Of a DNA stretch of 64,000 bases, positions 1-10,100 are shown one piece after another. Both the position numbers and the translations under genes were made by a program. The stretch spans positions 1 through 64,000 of the forward strand of contig JWZX01003001.1 of the NCBI GenBank assembly GCA_001275005.1, read 5' to 3'. Each line of letters begins with the position of its first letter. Positions within the stretch are counted from its first letter, which is position 1. Source of the DNA: Chrysochromulina tobinii (lineage: Eukaryota). The notes under the pieces were generated by a model that searched no databases, was not told the DNA's origin, and worked only from the letters and a program-made list of their open reading frames with translations.

Positions 1-434
1 GGCGGTGGCGGGAGGTGGTGGCGGTGAGGTGGCGGCGAAAAGGGCGGCGGAGTTGAGGGTGGTGGCGGTGAGGGTGGTGGTGGCAAGGGTGGTGGAGGAG
101 AAGTTGGCGGTGGTGGTGAGGGTGGCGGCGGTGAGGGTGGCGGTGCCCAGGGTGGTGGCGGTGAGGGTGGCGGTGCCCAGGGTGGTGGCAGTGTGGGCGG
201 TGGCGGAGAGGGTAGTGGAGGTGGGGGTGGCGGCGGCGGCGCTGGCGGCGCGGGCAATGGAGGCAAAGGTAACGGTGGTAGTAGTGGCAGATCAACTGGC
301 GGTGCTGCGATCTCTGACAGCATCCGAGAGGGCATAGCGCTTGCTTGACTTCGAAATACCTCTGAATGGTGCACCGGCATAACGAGGGCAGATGCCATCG
401 GCATCGGCATCGGAGGAGCAGCGACGCGGAGCAT
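1..434 (-). CDS. 5' part of a proline-rich (SPPPP-repeat) protein running off the window edge
   Basis: The minus strand from ATG at 434 reads MLRVAAPPMPMPMASALV...PPLPSPPPPTLPPPWAPPPSPPPPWAPPPSPPPP with no stop before position 1. The plus-strand Val/Ala ORF is its shadow. Confidence 0.55.
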   Translation of the reverse strand, partial: MLRVAAPPMPMPMASALVMPVHHSEVFRSQASAMPSRMLSEIAAPPVDLPLLPPLPLPPLPAPPAPPPPPPPPLPSPPPPTLPPPWAPPPSPPPPWAPPPSPPPPSPPPPTSPPPPLPPPPSPPPPSTPPPFSPPPHRHHLPPP

Positions 435-985
435 CTTTCGGAATACCGCGCGTATCGAGAAAAGTTTTGGTCCTGGACCAAGTTTTAAAGTTGTAGCTGT
501 GAACGTAGGTGTCGGTTGTGAACTCAACGTGAAGGACGCCTATCCATCATGGGACAGTCATGGAACCAGTCTGGGGGAGAGCCCTGAGTTTGTGGGGATC
601 TCTCCGCCCCCAAACGGCCGAATTAGTTTTGTGTAGTTAGTAGTTTGATGAACCGCGCAATCACAAACCGAAGTCGTGTGTACTCTCCCCAGAGAGGCAC
701 AATTGGCAGGTCCCGGATCCCGGTGAGCGTGTGAGTGTGGGTGTGGGTGTGTGGCCCCCGCGCCGGGATGCTGGAAATAGCGCAACGTATACGCGCTTGC
801 TTATACACTCGAGAGAGGAGAGGGCCGGGCGTGAAGTCGAGGCTCAGTCCGCAGTCACGCGAGGCCCCAATCGCTACGCAACCAGTCTTTCGGCCACGGT
901 GGAGCGCTCGTCGAACCGAGAGAGGAGCACCTCCAAGGTGATCACAGAAGGCCGGGATCGAGGTCGGCCATCCCCAATACGACGA

Positions 986-3052
986 TCACGAAACCGTGTG
1001 CTCATGTCCATGCTCCTTGCCGTCTGCATGGTCGTGCCCGCAATCCGCGTGGCTGTGGCCGCACCCCTCGCTATGCTCGTGGCCGCCGTGCTCGTGCGCG
1101 TGCTCATTGCGGATGGCATCCGCGTCGTCGCTCCCATGGCCGCGATGCTCGTGAACGTGCTTCTTGCTCGTGAACGAGCTAAATGGGACGGAAGCTTTCC
1201 GGACCTTCCTCTCCGCGTCGACGTGACCGTGGCAACGACTGTGATCGTGGACGTGACTGTGTCCGCCCTGCATAGGCTCCCACGCTGTGAATGGTCCGCC
1301 CTGCATAGGCTCCCACGCTGTGAATGGGTCGGGCAGGGCCAACCAGCTCTTCTCGCCGCCCGCCATCTCTTCCTCGGTAAGCAGGCATGCCTCCATCTGC
1401 GCCCTTGCCGCCTCGCGGATGATCTCGTCTGCGAACTTGCCGATGCACAACATCTCGGATCGCCGATCGCCGTGCATCGTGTCCCAAGTGTGAGAGCCCG
1501 TCGGATCTCGTTCGGCCGCCATCAGATCCTTTTGGATCTTCATCACGAGCTCTTGGGACCACTGCTTGCGCGGGATCGCGGCCACCCACGGCGGCCCAGC
1601 CACACAAGTAAAGATCGTGCCAGCCACTTGGATGATCGCTCGTTGCTTTGGCCGGGTAGGCAGCCATGCGAAGCCCTTGAGGCGCAGCAACCCAGCAAGT
1701 GCACCTTCGCGGGGTCGGCTGCCTAGGGCCGCATTCAACCGCTCTGGATGGAAGGGCCGCTTCGCACGGAAGATGAAGGATGTGACGCCGTACTCCATCG
1801 ACTCGGACGTGTGCTCCCCTACACGCGCCTCTACCAGCCATTGAGAGTGCTGCTCAGCCTTGTCGAGTTTGAACCGCCCTTTGGCGAGCAGCGTGGCAGG
1901 ATCGAGCACGCTGTGCCTCGTGCAGATGATCTCGGCATCGGGGTTGACCCGACGCAGGAACGCTTGGACCGCGCCGCGCTGCTCCTCACTGATGAGATCG
2001 CACTTGTTGATCGTGATCAAGTCCGCAAACTCGATCTGGTCGCAAAGGAGGTGCGCGACCGTGCGTTGATCTCCTTCAACGTCTTGCCAGCCCCGGTCGA
2101 CAAGCGTATCCATCGAGTTGAGCTGCTCGAAGATGCTCGCCCCGTCCACCACGGTCACGAGATTGTGAAGGCTTGCCACGTCATTCAAGCTAACGGCCGT
2201 CGCTTTGTCGCGGAAGGTGAAGGTCTCGGCGACGGGTAGGGGCTCCGAAATCCCAGAGGACTCGACGATGCAGTGATCAAAGCGCTGCTCGAGCGCGAGA
2301 GACGAGAGGGACGAGAGCAGGTCCTCGCGCAGCGTGCAGCAGATGCAGCCGTTCGTGAGCTCGACCAGCTTCTCCTCCATCTGCAGCATCCCACCGTTGC
2401 GCGCAAGCTCCGCGTCGACGTTGACCGCGGCCAAGTCGTTGACGATGATGGCGATCCGGTAGCCGGCTCGGTTGTTGAGCATGTGGTTGAGCAGAGTCGT
2501 CTTGCCTGCGCCGAGAAACCCCGAGAGCACCGTCACCGGCATCGGGCCGGTGCCGCCCGCCTTGCGTATCTTGGTCGCCGCGTCGAACACCACCGCGTAC
2601 GGACTTGGCTTGGCGTCGTTCGGTTGTGCCGCGACAATGTGACGCCACACGAAGAGGATGGCGGCGGGGCTAGCGGTCGCCTTGAGATTCGCCGGCTTGA
2701 TCATGCCGCTAGCCAAGCCATCGGGCAAAGACACGAGCACTTCGAGACGCTCAGGGTCGGTCGGAGACTTGCCGGCTATCCTGCCGACGAGATTGTTGAA
2801 GGCTTTGCCAGCCTCCGAAATCAAGCCTGTGATCTCCGCGCACATGCCAGCCTTCCACTCCGAAATATGCGAAGCGGCATTCGGCACGACATGGTCCCTC
2901 CAAACACGTCCAAAGTCCGATTCCTTAGTGCACACGCCGTCGCGCACGAGCTTCGCCGTGAGCAGGTGGCCGAGTAGCGTCAACTCGATGGCGCGCGCAC
3001 GTGCGGGTTCGGATGTGATCGAGACCAGCGCCTGTGCCGTCATGCGCACCAT
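986..3052 (-). CDS. COG0523/CobW-family (G3E) GTPase metallochaperone with His-rich tail
   Basis: Motifs: PVTVLSGFLGAGKTT (Walker A), CICC metal site, ESSGI (G3E), NKCD, CobW_C-like RPFHPERL...LRLKGFAW, and a His-rich C-terminus. Start taken at MVRMTAQ (3052), uncertain. Confidence 0.93.
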   Translation of the reverse strand: MVRMTAQALVSITSEPARARAIELTLLGHLLTAKLVRDGVCTKESDFGRVWRDHVVPNAASHISEWKAGMCAEITGLISEAGKAFNNLVGRIAGKSPTDPERLEVLVSLPDGLASGMIKPANLKATASPAAILFVWRHIVAAQPNDAKPSPYAVVFDAATKIRKAGGTGPMPVTVLSGFLGAGKTTLLNHMLNNRAGYRIAIIVNDLAAVNVDAELARNGGMLQMEEKLVELTNGCICCTLREDLLSSLSSLALEQRFDHCIVESSGISEPLPVAETFTFRDKATAVSLNDVASLHNLVTVVDGASIFEQLNSMDTLVDRGWQDVEGDQRTVAHLLCDQIEFADLITINKCDLISEEQRGAVQAFLRRVNPDAEIICTRHSVLDPATLLAKGRFKLDKAEQHSQWLVEARVGEHTSESMEYGVTSFIFRAKRPFHPERLNAALGSRPREGALAGLLRLKGFAWLPTRPKQRAIIQVAGTIFTCVAGPPWVAAIPRKQWSQELVMKIQKDLMAAERDPTGSHTWDTMHGDRRSEMLCIGKFADEIIREAARAQMEACLLTEEEMAGGEKSWLALPDPFTAWEPMQGGPFTAWEPMQGGHSHVHDHSRCHGHVDAERKVRKASVPFSSFTSKKHVHEHRGHGSDDADAIRNEHAHEHGGHEHSEGCGHSHADCGHDHADGKEHGHEHTVS

Positions 3053-3251
3053 GATAGTCGATTGCGCTCGCACGCGCTCGCGGCGGCCTGCTCGTGTGTG
3101 CGTGGCGACTAGAAGTTCGGAACTTGACGAACATGGAAAGTGGTACAACACTTTGCAGCCGTCCGGTCTCCATCGGTAGGGCCATCGCCGCTCAAATTCA
3201 CGGATCGCTTCACAGACTTGACGACAGGAGGTGTGATCAGGAATTGTTCGC

Positions 3252-6200
3252 ATGGCTGATGACAATGGGACCGGCTTCGTCCGAGCCCGTCTCATGGAAC
3301 TCTTCCCCCCCAATGCTCGTACGGGCCCAGATGAGCCGGCCATCAAGAAGCTCGAGGACCTGTGCCGGCGAAAGAGGAGCGCCGCCGTGTGCGTGCTCGA
3401 TGAGCTGGCCATAAACTTGGGTGTCAACGGCCCTGCCCAAGGTGCTGAGGCCATCCGCGCAGATGGCGAGGAATGGCGCATGGAACCGAACGGTGTGGCG
3501 CAGCCTCCATTCCAGCCCTCATCTGCTCTTATGAGCATCGTGAAACGCTGGAACGAGCACCTAGACGGTCGGCGCCCATGCCCAGGCCGTGACATAGCTG
3601 GGAGCAAGCGAATGGCTCGTGCAGATACCCGATACGACTGGCGGCCGCCGCCCGCGCAACGGAACCAGGAGCTGCCCGACAGTTTTGCTCAGCAGCCGGT
3701 TCAACAGCCACAGCAGCCGCCGCAGCCACCGCACGGACCTCAGCCAGTCTTGCGCTGCCCGAATGAAACGGCCGACGATGCCGTTGCTGTCATCGTACAG
3801 AAGGCCAAGTTTGACCTGCGATTTCGGCTCTATGCAGCCGGTGCGCTCGAGCACTTCCGTGGGCGGCCTGACGAGCTTCAGGAGCTCATTAACGAAATCG
3901 AGGCTGCCGGAGAGAATGCGGACGCCAAGAACGCAATCTGTGCGCGCCGTGGCCTGAGCCTTGGATACTTCATGCCGGCGGCGCACTGCACCGTCATCTA
4001 CCAGGTAATAGTCACCAAGAACGGCGACGTGCGCTATGACCTGCCCACGGAGACGGGCACTGCGATCGCCCACCGTCGGCTGGGTTGCCACCTGCTTCGG
4101 GTCCGCTTTGAGCGGCTCGCATCGAACGCGCTGCACGAGGACAAGGAGCGCTGGGAGCAGATGCGCCAGCAAGTCATCAGCGTCGGAACAGATCAGAGCG
4201 GCATACGCAGCGTGGCAGGCGATCGGCTGTACCTCCATTTCTGCCACAAGGACGCTGAAAAGCCAGAGGCGCAGCTTTGGTTTGTGTCGGTGCCTGCGAC
4301 GCACCGCGAGCTCAAAAAGCAGGCGGTCTGGGTGCACCAAATGCAACAGCTGCTGCTTGACACGCTGGGCACGACAGATGGCCGCACCTCGAGCCTGAGC
4401 ATCTCAAAGCTCAACGCTCGGCTCTGCCTGGCCTTCTCCACTGCTGTGACGGTGCCCGGATGCGCTCCGACAGAGGAGGCGGTGCTCGATCTGCGTGATG
4501 ACTCCGGTCGGAGTCAATGGCAAGATTTAGCAGCACTTGAGCCGATGCCGGCCGGCAAAGTGAAGCTCGTCATCATGAACGACATCCGCGTGATCGCCGC
4601 AGATGGCTCGCAGGGGCCAGTCATGACAGACGGGGCCGGTCTGATCTCGCGCAACCTCGCTGAGCAAATGCCGCTGTGCTTGAGTGGGCGTCTGGTCACC
4701 CGCAAAGCTCTGGGCGCTCCGCTGCTGGCGCAGGTGCGTGTGTGGCATCGTGGCTATGTGGTCAAGGGGATGCTCATGACTGACTCCACACTGCCTGATG
4801 GCTATGTCGTCGTGCGCGAGTCAATGGTCAAAGTGTTTGCTCGACCCGGCGGCGAAGCCACGCTGGACGCGGACAAGGTTCCAAAACGCCTGCCCAGGGG
4901 TGACAAATATTGGGAGCGCTCGGCATTTGAGGTGCTACGCACTTCCAACGGTGCGCCGAGCGGCAAGATGAACCCTCAGCTCGTTCCTCTCCTCGAGCAC
5001 GCAAGCGGACCGAGAGGCAGCGAGGGGCGCACGACAATGGTGGGGCTCCTCCTCTCGCTCGCCGAGGAGAACAAGCGCCGCGTCTGCCAGATCGATTCGG
5101 AGGAGCTGAGTGGGCCGCAGCTGCGCAGTCTGCTGCTCGATTTTGGCTTAGGTGAGACCTCGGTCGCGTCCTACATGCTGCTCGCCGGCTTCCATCCGCG
5201 TAAGGAGCCATATCTGCGGCGCAAGATCGCGGCCGTTCAAAAGGCGCAGCTGGAGCAGATCGCATCGGGCAAGTTCAAGCTGCCCGGCTCGCTCTACCTC
5301 ACGGGCGTGCCTGACCCGACCAGCACGGTGCCGGTGGGCAAGGTCGTCGTCATCGAGGGCGGCAAGTTCTGCGTCGAGCAGCTTCTGATCTATCGATCCC
5401 CAGGGACCCATCCAGGGGATGTGCGCCGGACTCAGAGTGTCATGCCCCCTCAGCCCCTGCTGGCATGCCTGGAGCATGTGGCGGCCGAGCTGCAGAATGC
5501 GATCATCTTCTCGGTCCAGGGCGAGCGGGCTCTGGCGGATATGCTCTCCGGCGGCGATTATGACGGCGACGAGTTCGTCGTGATGCGTGCCTCGGACAAA
5601 ATTGACACCGGTGTCGCCGGCATGGCGCCACTCAGCCTCGTCGATGCTTTCCAAAACGAGAGTCCGCCATGGGTGCAGCCGCCTAAGGAGGGCGGCGGCC
5701 GTGGCCCACCGTCCCAGGTGACAGATGACCACCAGCAGACATGCACCGAACTCGCGCGCCACTATTTCGACTGCGACGCGGCTGGCGGCCTCATTGGGCA
5801 GGCAGCCAACAGCATCCAGATGGCTCAGGAGTATTGGGGATGCAGCTCCTGGATCACATGCCAGCTCATCGACCTGTACAACACGGCGCTCGACGCGGCC
5901 AAGCAGGGCATGCGAAAAGCCTTCTCGGAGGCCATTCGAGAGGAACTCAACAAGATGGAGCAGACTGTTGGTCTTCCGTGCTTCATGGTCGTCAAGGCGT
6001 CAGAGCACCGCCGAGTCCAGCCCGACGGTTCGTCGAATTCAGCTCTGGGCAGGCTGTGGTGTAAACGAAGGCAGCTGCGACTGTCGCCAGAGGAGGACGC
6101 ACCCGGTGGGGGATGCGACACCGATCTCGATTTTGGGCTGCTTCACTGCCACATCTGTGGGCTTGAGTGTGGTGCAGAGGAGCTCAGGATGCATGTACGC

Positions 6201-6857
6201 TGCTGCCGCCAGCTCCACGAGCTCAGGTATCCGGGGCAGCCGCTGCCGTCGGAGCCGCTGCCGTCAGAGCCGCGTCGCTGCGAATGGGGCCCTGTGCGCA
6301 TCCGCTTCTATGACAAGTGGAGAGATTTGATTGCCCTCGCCATCAGTGAGCTGAGTAGCCTGTGGCAGCGCAGCCTAGGACGCACGACCTCGGCGGGCGC
6401 ACGCCAAAAGTATGACGCAGCGTTTGCGCATGCAAAGCTTGCCCTCTTTGACCGGTACCGGCAGCATCTGCTAGAAAGCTACGACGAAGGCGAGCGGGAG
6501 CGGCCTGCGCATGTGCTGCTCTGTGAGGCCTCGCATGTGTATCTGGCTGCGTATGGCTTCCAAGGCAACGAGCAGGCCTGCCACCAGGCCCGTGAGCTCG
6601 CGTGGCAGATTGCGGGCTCTTATCTCGTGCTGATCAAGTTTATGCGAGAGCAGCACGATGTGCGTCCTGGGATGGCACCGCGCGGGCTTGTTGCGGCTGC
6701 GCAGCTGCCACGGATCCTTGCGCGGCGTGGGAATCTTCTGCACGACCTGGATGGCGAGCTGGCCGCTGAGGGTCTTGCCGTGGTGGAAGCAGGTGATGGT
6801 GGGAGCATCGAGGATGGCGAGGAGCTCGTCAGCACGCCGTGGAGCCGGTGTGCGTGA
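3252..6857 (+). CDS. Cellular RNA-dependent RNA polymerase (RNAi RdRP, RDR3/4/5 gamma-like)
   Basis: Uninterrupted 1201-aa ORF with TDGAGLIS, PLLAQVR...VKGML, RSPGTHPGD and catalytic LSGGDYDGD (5556-5570). Confidence 0.93.
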   Translation: MADDNGTGFVRARLMELFPPNARTGPDEPAIKKLEDLCRRKRSAAVCVLDELAINLGVNGPAQGAEAIRADGEEWRMEPNGVAQPPFQPSSALMSIVKRWNEHLDGRRPCPGRDIAGSKRMARADTRYDWRPPPAQRNQELPDSFAQQPVQQPQQPPQPPHGPQPVLRCPNETADDAVAVIVQKAKFDLRFRLYAAGALEHFRGRPDELQELINEIEAAGENADAKNAICARRGLSLGYFMPAAHCTVIYQVIVTKNGDVRYDLPTETGTAIAHRRLGCHLLRVRFERLASNALHEDKERWEQMRQQVISVGTDQSGIRSVAGDRLYLHFCHKDAEKPEAQLWFVSVPATHRELKKQAVWVHQMQQLLLDTLGTTDGRTSSLSISKLNARLCLAFSTAVTVPGCAPTEEAVLDLRDDSGRSQWQDLAALEPMPAGKVKLVIMNDIRVIAADGSQGPVMTDGAGLISRNLAEQMPLCLSGRLVTRKALGAPLLAQVRVWHRGYVVKGMLMTDSTLPDGYVVVRESMVKVFARPGGEATLDADKVPKRLPRGDKYWERSAFEVLRTSNGAPSGKMNPQLVPLLEHASGPRGSEGRTTMVGLLLSLAEENKRRVCQIDSEELSGPQLRSLLLDFGLGETSVASYMLLAGFHPRKEPYLRRKIAAVQKAQLEQIASGKFKLPGSLYLTGVPDPTSTVPVGKVVVIEGGKFCVEQLLIYRSPGTHPGDVRRTQSVMPPQPLLACLEHVAAELQNAIIFSVQGERALADMLSGGDYDGDEFVVMRASDKIDTGVAGMAPLSLVDAFQNESPPWVQPPKEGGGRGPPSQVTDDHQQTCTELARHYFDCDAAGGLIGQAANSIQMAQEYWGCSSWITCQLIDLYNTALDAAKQGMRKAFSEAIREELNKMEQTVGLPCFMVVKASEHRRVQPDGSSNSALGRLWCKRRQLRLSPEEDAPGGGCDTDLDFGLLHCHICGLECGAEELRMHVRCCRQLHELRYPGQPLPSEPLPSEPRRCEWGPVRIRFYDKWRDLIALAISELSSLWQRSLGRTTSAGARQKYDAAFAHAKLALFDRYRQHLLESYDEGERERPAHVLLCEASHVYLAAYGFQGNEQACHQARELAWQIAGSYLVLIKFMREQHDVRPGMAPRGLVAAAQLPRILARRGNLLHDLDGELAAEGLAVVEAGDGGSIEDGEELVSTPWSRCA

Positions 6858-7146
6858 TTCAAATTCAGCGTGTGTTCCCCCGAGCGGAGGATCGTAGGAT
6901 GCCGACCAGGATGACGAGCAGGTTGACGTGGAGGAGTGAGAGTTGAAGGCCAGGGGCCAGTAGTGGCGAGTGTGTAATCTGAGAACCCTTAGGAGACCGC
7001 ACAGTGTTACCATTCGAATCGCCGTGTGCATATTATGAAGGTCGAAGGGACTCTTCCAGATCTTCAGATCAGGCTCTGCAAACCTCACCATTCACGCCGA
7101 GTTCTGCGCACGAGTTCATTCACGCCCTTTCTTCACGGTCAGGCGC

Positions 7147-10100
7147 ATGGCCGCTTGTGGCCTCGTGGCGCTCAAACTTGGCGGCATTGCTGGGTGCGAC
7201 GGCGGTTCTGCGGCCTCCTCTGCAGCTGTGAGCGCCGAGGATGCAACGATCGCAGCGCTCAAGGCAGTGCTCGCAGCCAACGAGGCCAGGTCCAAGTGCG
7301 CAGTCAGCACATTCTCGAGCAGCGAGGATGAAGGCGATGATGATGGTGGTGATGATCGCAGCTCCGGCAATGTGAACAGCCAGCTGGCTCTCGCCACACC
7401 AGCGGTTGGTCTGAGGCTGAATCTGGGCGGTCTCGGCGTAGGCAAGCTCAACCTGAGTGCGCTGCAGCGCGAGGAGGTCGATGACGAGGCTCCGGCTGCC
7501 GTCCCAATGACTCCCAAGGAGACCTTCTTGAACACCGCGCTTGGCGCGCCGCCGCCGCCGCCGCCGCTGTCCGAGGCACCGCCACCGCCCTCTGCCGCTG
7601 CTGCTGCGCCGGGGCCCAGCCACGCCGCCGCCGCCACCGCCCTCTGCCACGCCGTCGTTCCCACGGGCGGCAGCGCAGCGGCGGCGCCTGTCCTCGGGTT
7701 GCACACGCGGCCCCTCGGGGTGCACTACGGCCGTGTGCTCCTCGAGGAGCTCGCGAAATTGCCGCCGCTCGCTGTGCTCCCGTCGGCGACCTCGACCGCC
7801 GCGGCCTCGGCAGCCCTGCGTAGCGCACTGACGATGTCTGAGACGATCACCGACCTCGCGAGCCGATGCTTCGATCTCCAAGCACGAGATCCCGTACCTG
7901 AGGGCTCCAAGCACGTCTCCAAGCACGTCTCCAAGCACGACTCGGAGCTCGAGCGCGCGCCGTCCTTGCGCTCGTCCTTGCGCTCGACCGAGCTCGCTCG
8001 CTCGCAATCCATCCGACCGCCTCGCCTGACGGCCCTCGGTGAGTGGCGACAGCACATGCGCTGGTACGGCATGATCGTCGAGCAACAGTCGTGGGAGGCG
8101 CCCGATTCCGCGCGCACCACGTACCTGGACGCTCTGCGTAAGCTCGACAACGAGCTGCAGCGCGTGCACCCGACGTTTGACCAGTCCCGCGACACGCCCG
8201 CGCCGGGCACGCCGGAGCAGCTGACCTCGCGGCTCGAGCTGCTGCACGAGCTGCACGAGATCGCGATCTCAATCAATCTCGAGCTCCTCTCCCAAGTTCA
8301 GCTGCCCGACGAGATGGCGCGCGCGCACCTGCCGTCGCGCGCCGCGCCGCTGCTGCCGCGCACCCTTGCGCGCGAGCTGCGCACCCTCGCGCGCGAGCTG
8401 CGCGCCGTGTCGAGCGCCTCCTCGACGGCCCGGCTGCCTACGGGCGCGCTCAGGACGACGCTGGACGCGCTCCTCGATCGCCTCGGTCTCGAGAGGCTTT
8501 CCCCACAGCTAGCTGCCGAGCTGCTCGATCGTCTGGAGAGGGCGGCGGAGGTGTGGCAGTGCTCAGCCGATAGGGGGGCCGAGCGCCTCGCGGCCGCTGC
8601 TGACCCCCCCTCGGTGGGGGTGGGGGAGAGGCCGCGACGACGCAACGCGAGCACCGATGTGACACTGGTGCGCCCGACACGGCGCTCTCCGGACTCCTCT
8701 CTCGACGACCGGCCGGAGCGGCCGCTGCGCACCCCCTCGATTCTGCTCGCGCGCATCTCGCGCGAGCGAGCTCCGGGCGCCGCGACGGGCGCCGCGACGG
8801 GCGCCGGGGCAGGCGCCGGGTCGGGCGCCGTGTTGGGCGTCTCCGGCGTCGGCGGGGATGGCCTCGGGGGGGGAGATCTGAGCGCTGGCCGTAGCACTCG
8901 ACGCTCGCGTTGGTGGAGCCTTCTGGGACGTCTCCATGGACACCCTGACGAACTGCGCGCGGCGAACAAGGCGCTCGTTGCGCGTGCTCTCGCAGTCCGC
9001 ATCCGCACGCGGCTGCCCTCGCTGCCCCCGACGGGGCTGGAGCGTGCAAAGGTGGCACACACGAGCTCCGTCGCCAATGCGATGCTCGAGGCGTACTCGC
9101 GCGCTCTTGCGATCCATTCGCAGTCGGCGGTTCGTCACTACGCTAGGCTGCGCCAGAGTGCGATCCAGGCGGCCGCCGCCGCCGCCGCGACTCTCGCCAT
9201 CGCGACCCTCAACGCCGCGGCGGCGAGTCCGACCGGCACCGGTACTCCTACCGGTACTCCTACCGGTAGCAGCGCTGTCGTGGGCACCGCAACCTGTAGC
9301 ACCGACCTGCAGTCCGTCGACAGAGCTGTCGGGGCCGACGACGCCTTCGCGAGCGGCGCGGGTGGCGAGCGAGTACAGGCCGCGGCCAACGGGCACAGCT
9401 CACCCGCCCCAGCTCTGCCCATGGCCATCGCGCCCATCTCGGCGCCTAACTTATCGCCCACCGTCACCAGTGCAGCGGCCGCCGAGACTTTCAGCGGCGG
9501 CGGCGGCGCTTTCAAACTGAAGCTGCACCTCCTTGACAAGCCGTTGGCTGACGGCTTGGGCGAGCACGCCCACGACGGCGCGGGCGCGCCCAGCGGCGCG
9601 TCGTACGCATCGCTGTCCAGCAGCAGCAGCGGCGGCGGCGGCGGCGGCGGCGGCGCAGCCCCGCGCACAAGCAGCAGCAGGAGCAGCAGCAGCGCAGGTG
9701 CACGCGAGGGGCCATCCCGCTCGCCTCTCGAGTCGCCCAAGTCCCCCAAGTCCCATCACATGGGCGACGCCCGCCCCAAATGGCAAGTACGCCCCGACGA
9801 GATCAGCTACTTGGAGCGGCTAGGCGCGGGAGCCTACGGCGAGGTGCACCTCGGCGAGTTTCGTCGAAAGGAGGTGGCAATCAAGGTGCTCGTGCACGGC
9901 GATCTGCACGAGGACGACTTTTACGAGGAGATGGCCTTGCTCTCGGACCTGCGCCATGAGAACATAGTCCTCTTCATGGGAGCTTGCCTCGCGCCCTCCA
10001 AAATGTGCATCCTCTTCGAGCTCTGCGAGCCCGTCAAGCATGCATATGCTCACTACGGCGCCCCGACCTCTTCCCCACAGGTGCATCCTCTTCGAGCTCT

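Noticed and set aside
3053..3607. Apparent overlap of the 873-aa CobW ORF with the RdRP start
   Set aside because: The extension is antisense to RdRP coding sequence; a start at 3052 or 3043 removes the overlap.
3252..6857. Viral origin of the RdRP
   Set aside because: It has the DxDGD double-psi-barrel signature of cellular RNAi polymerases, not a viral GDD palm motif.
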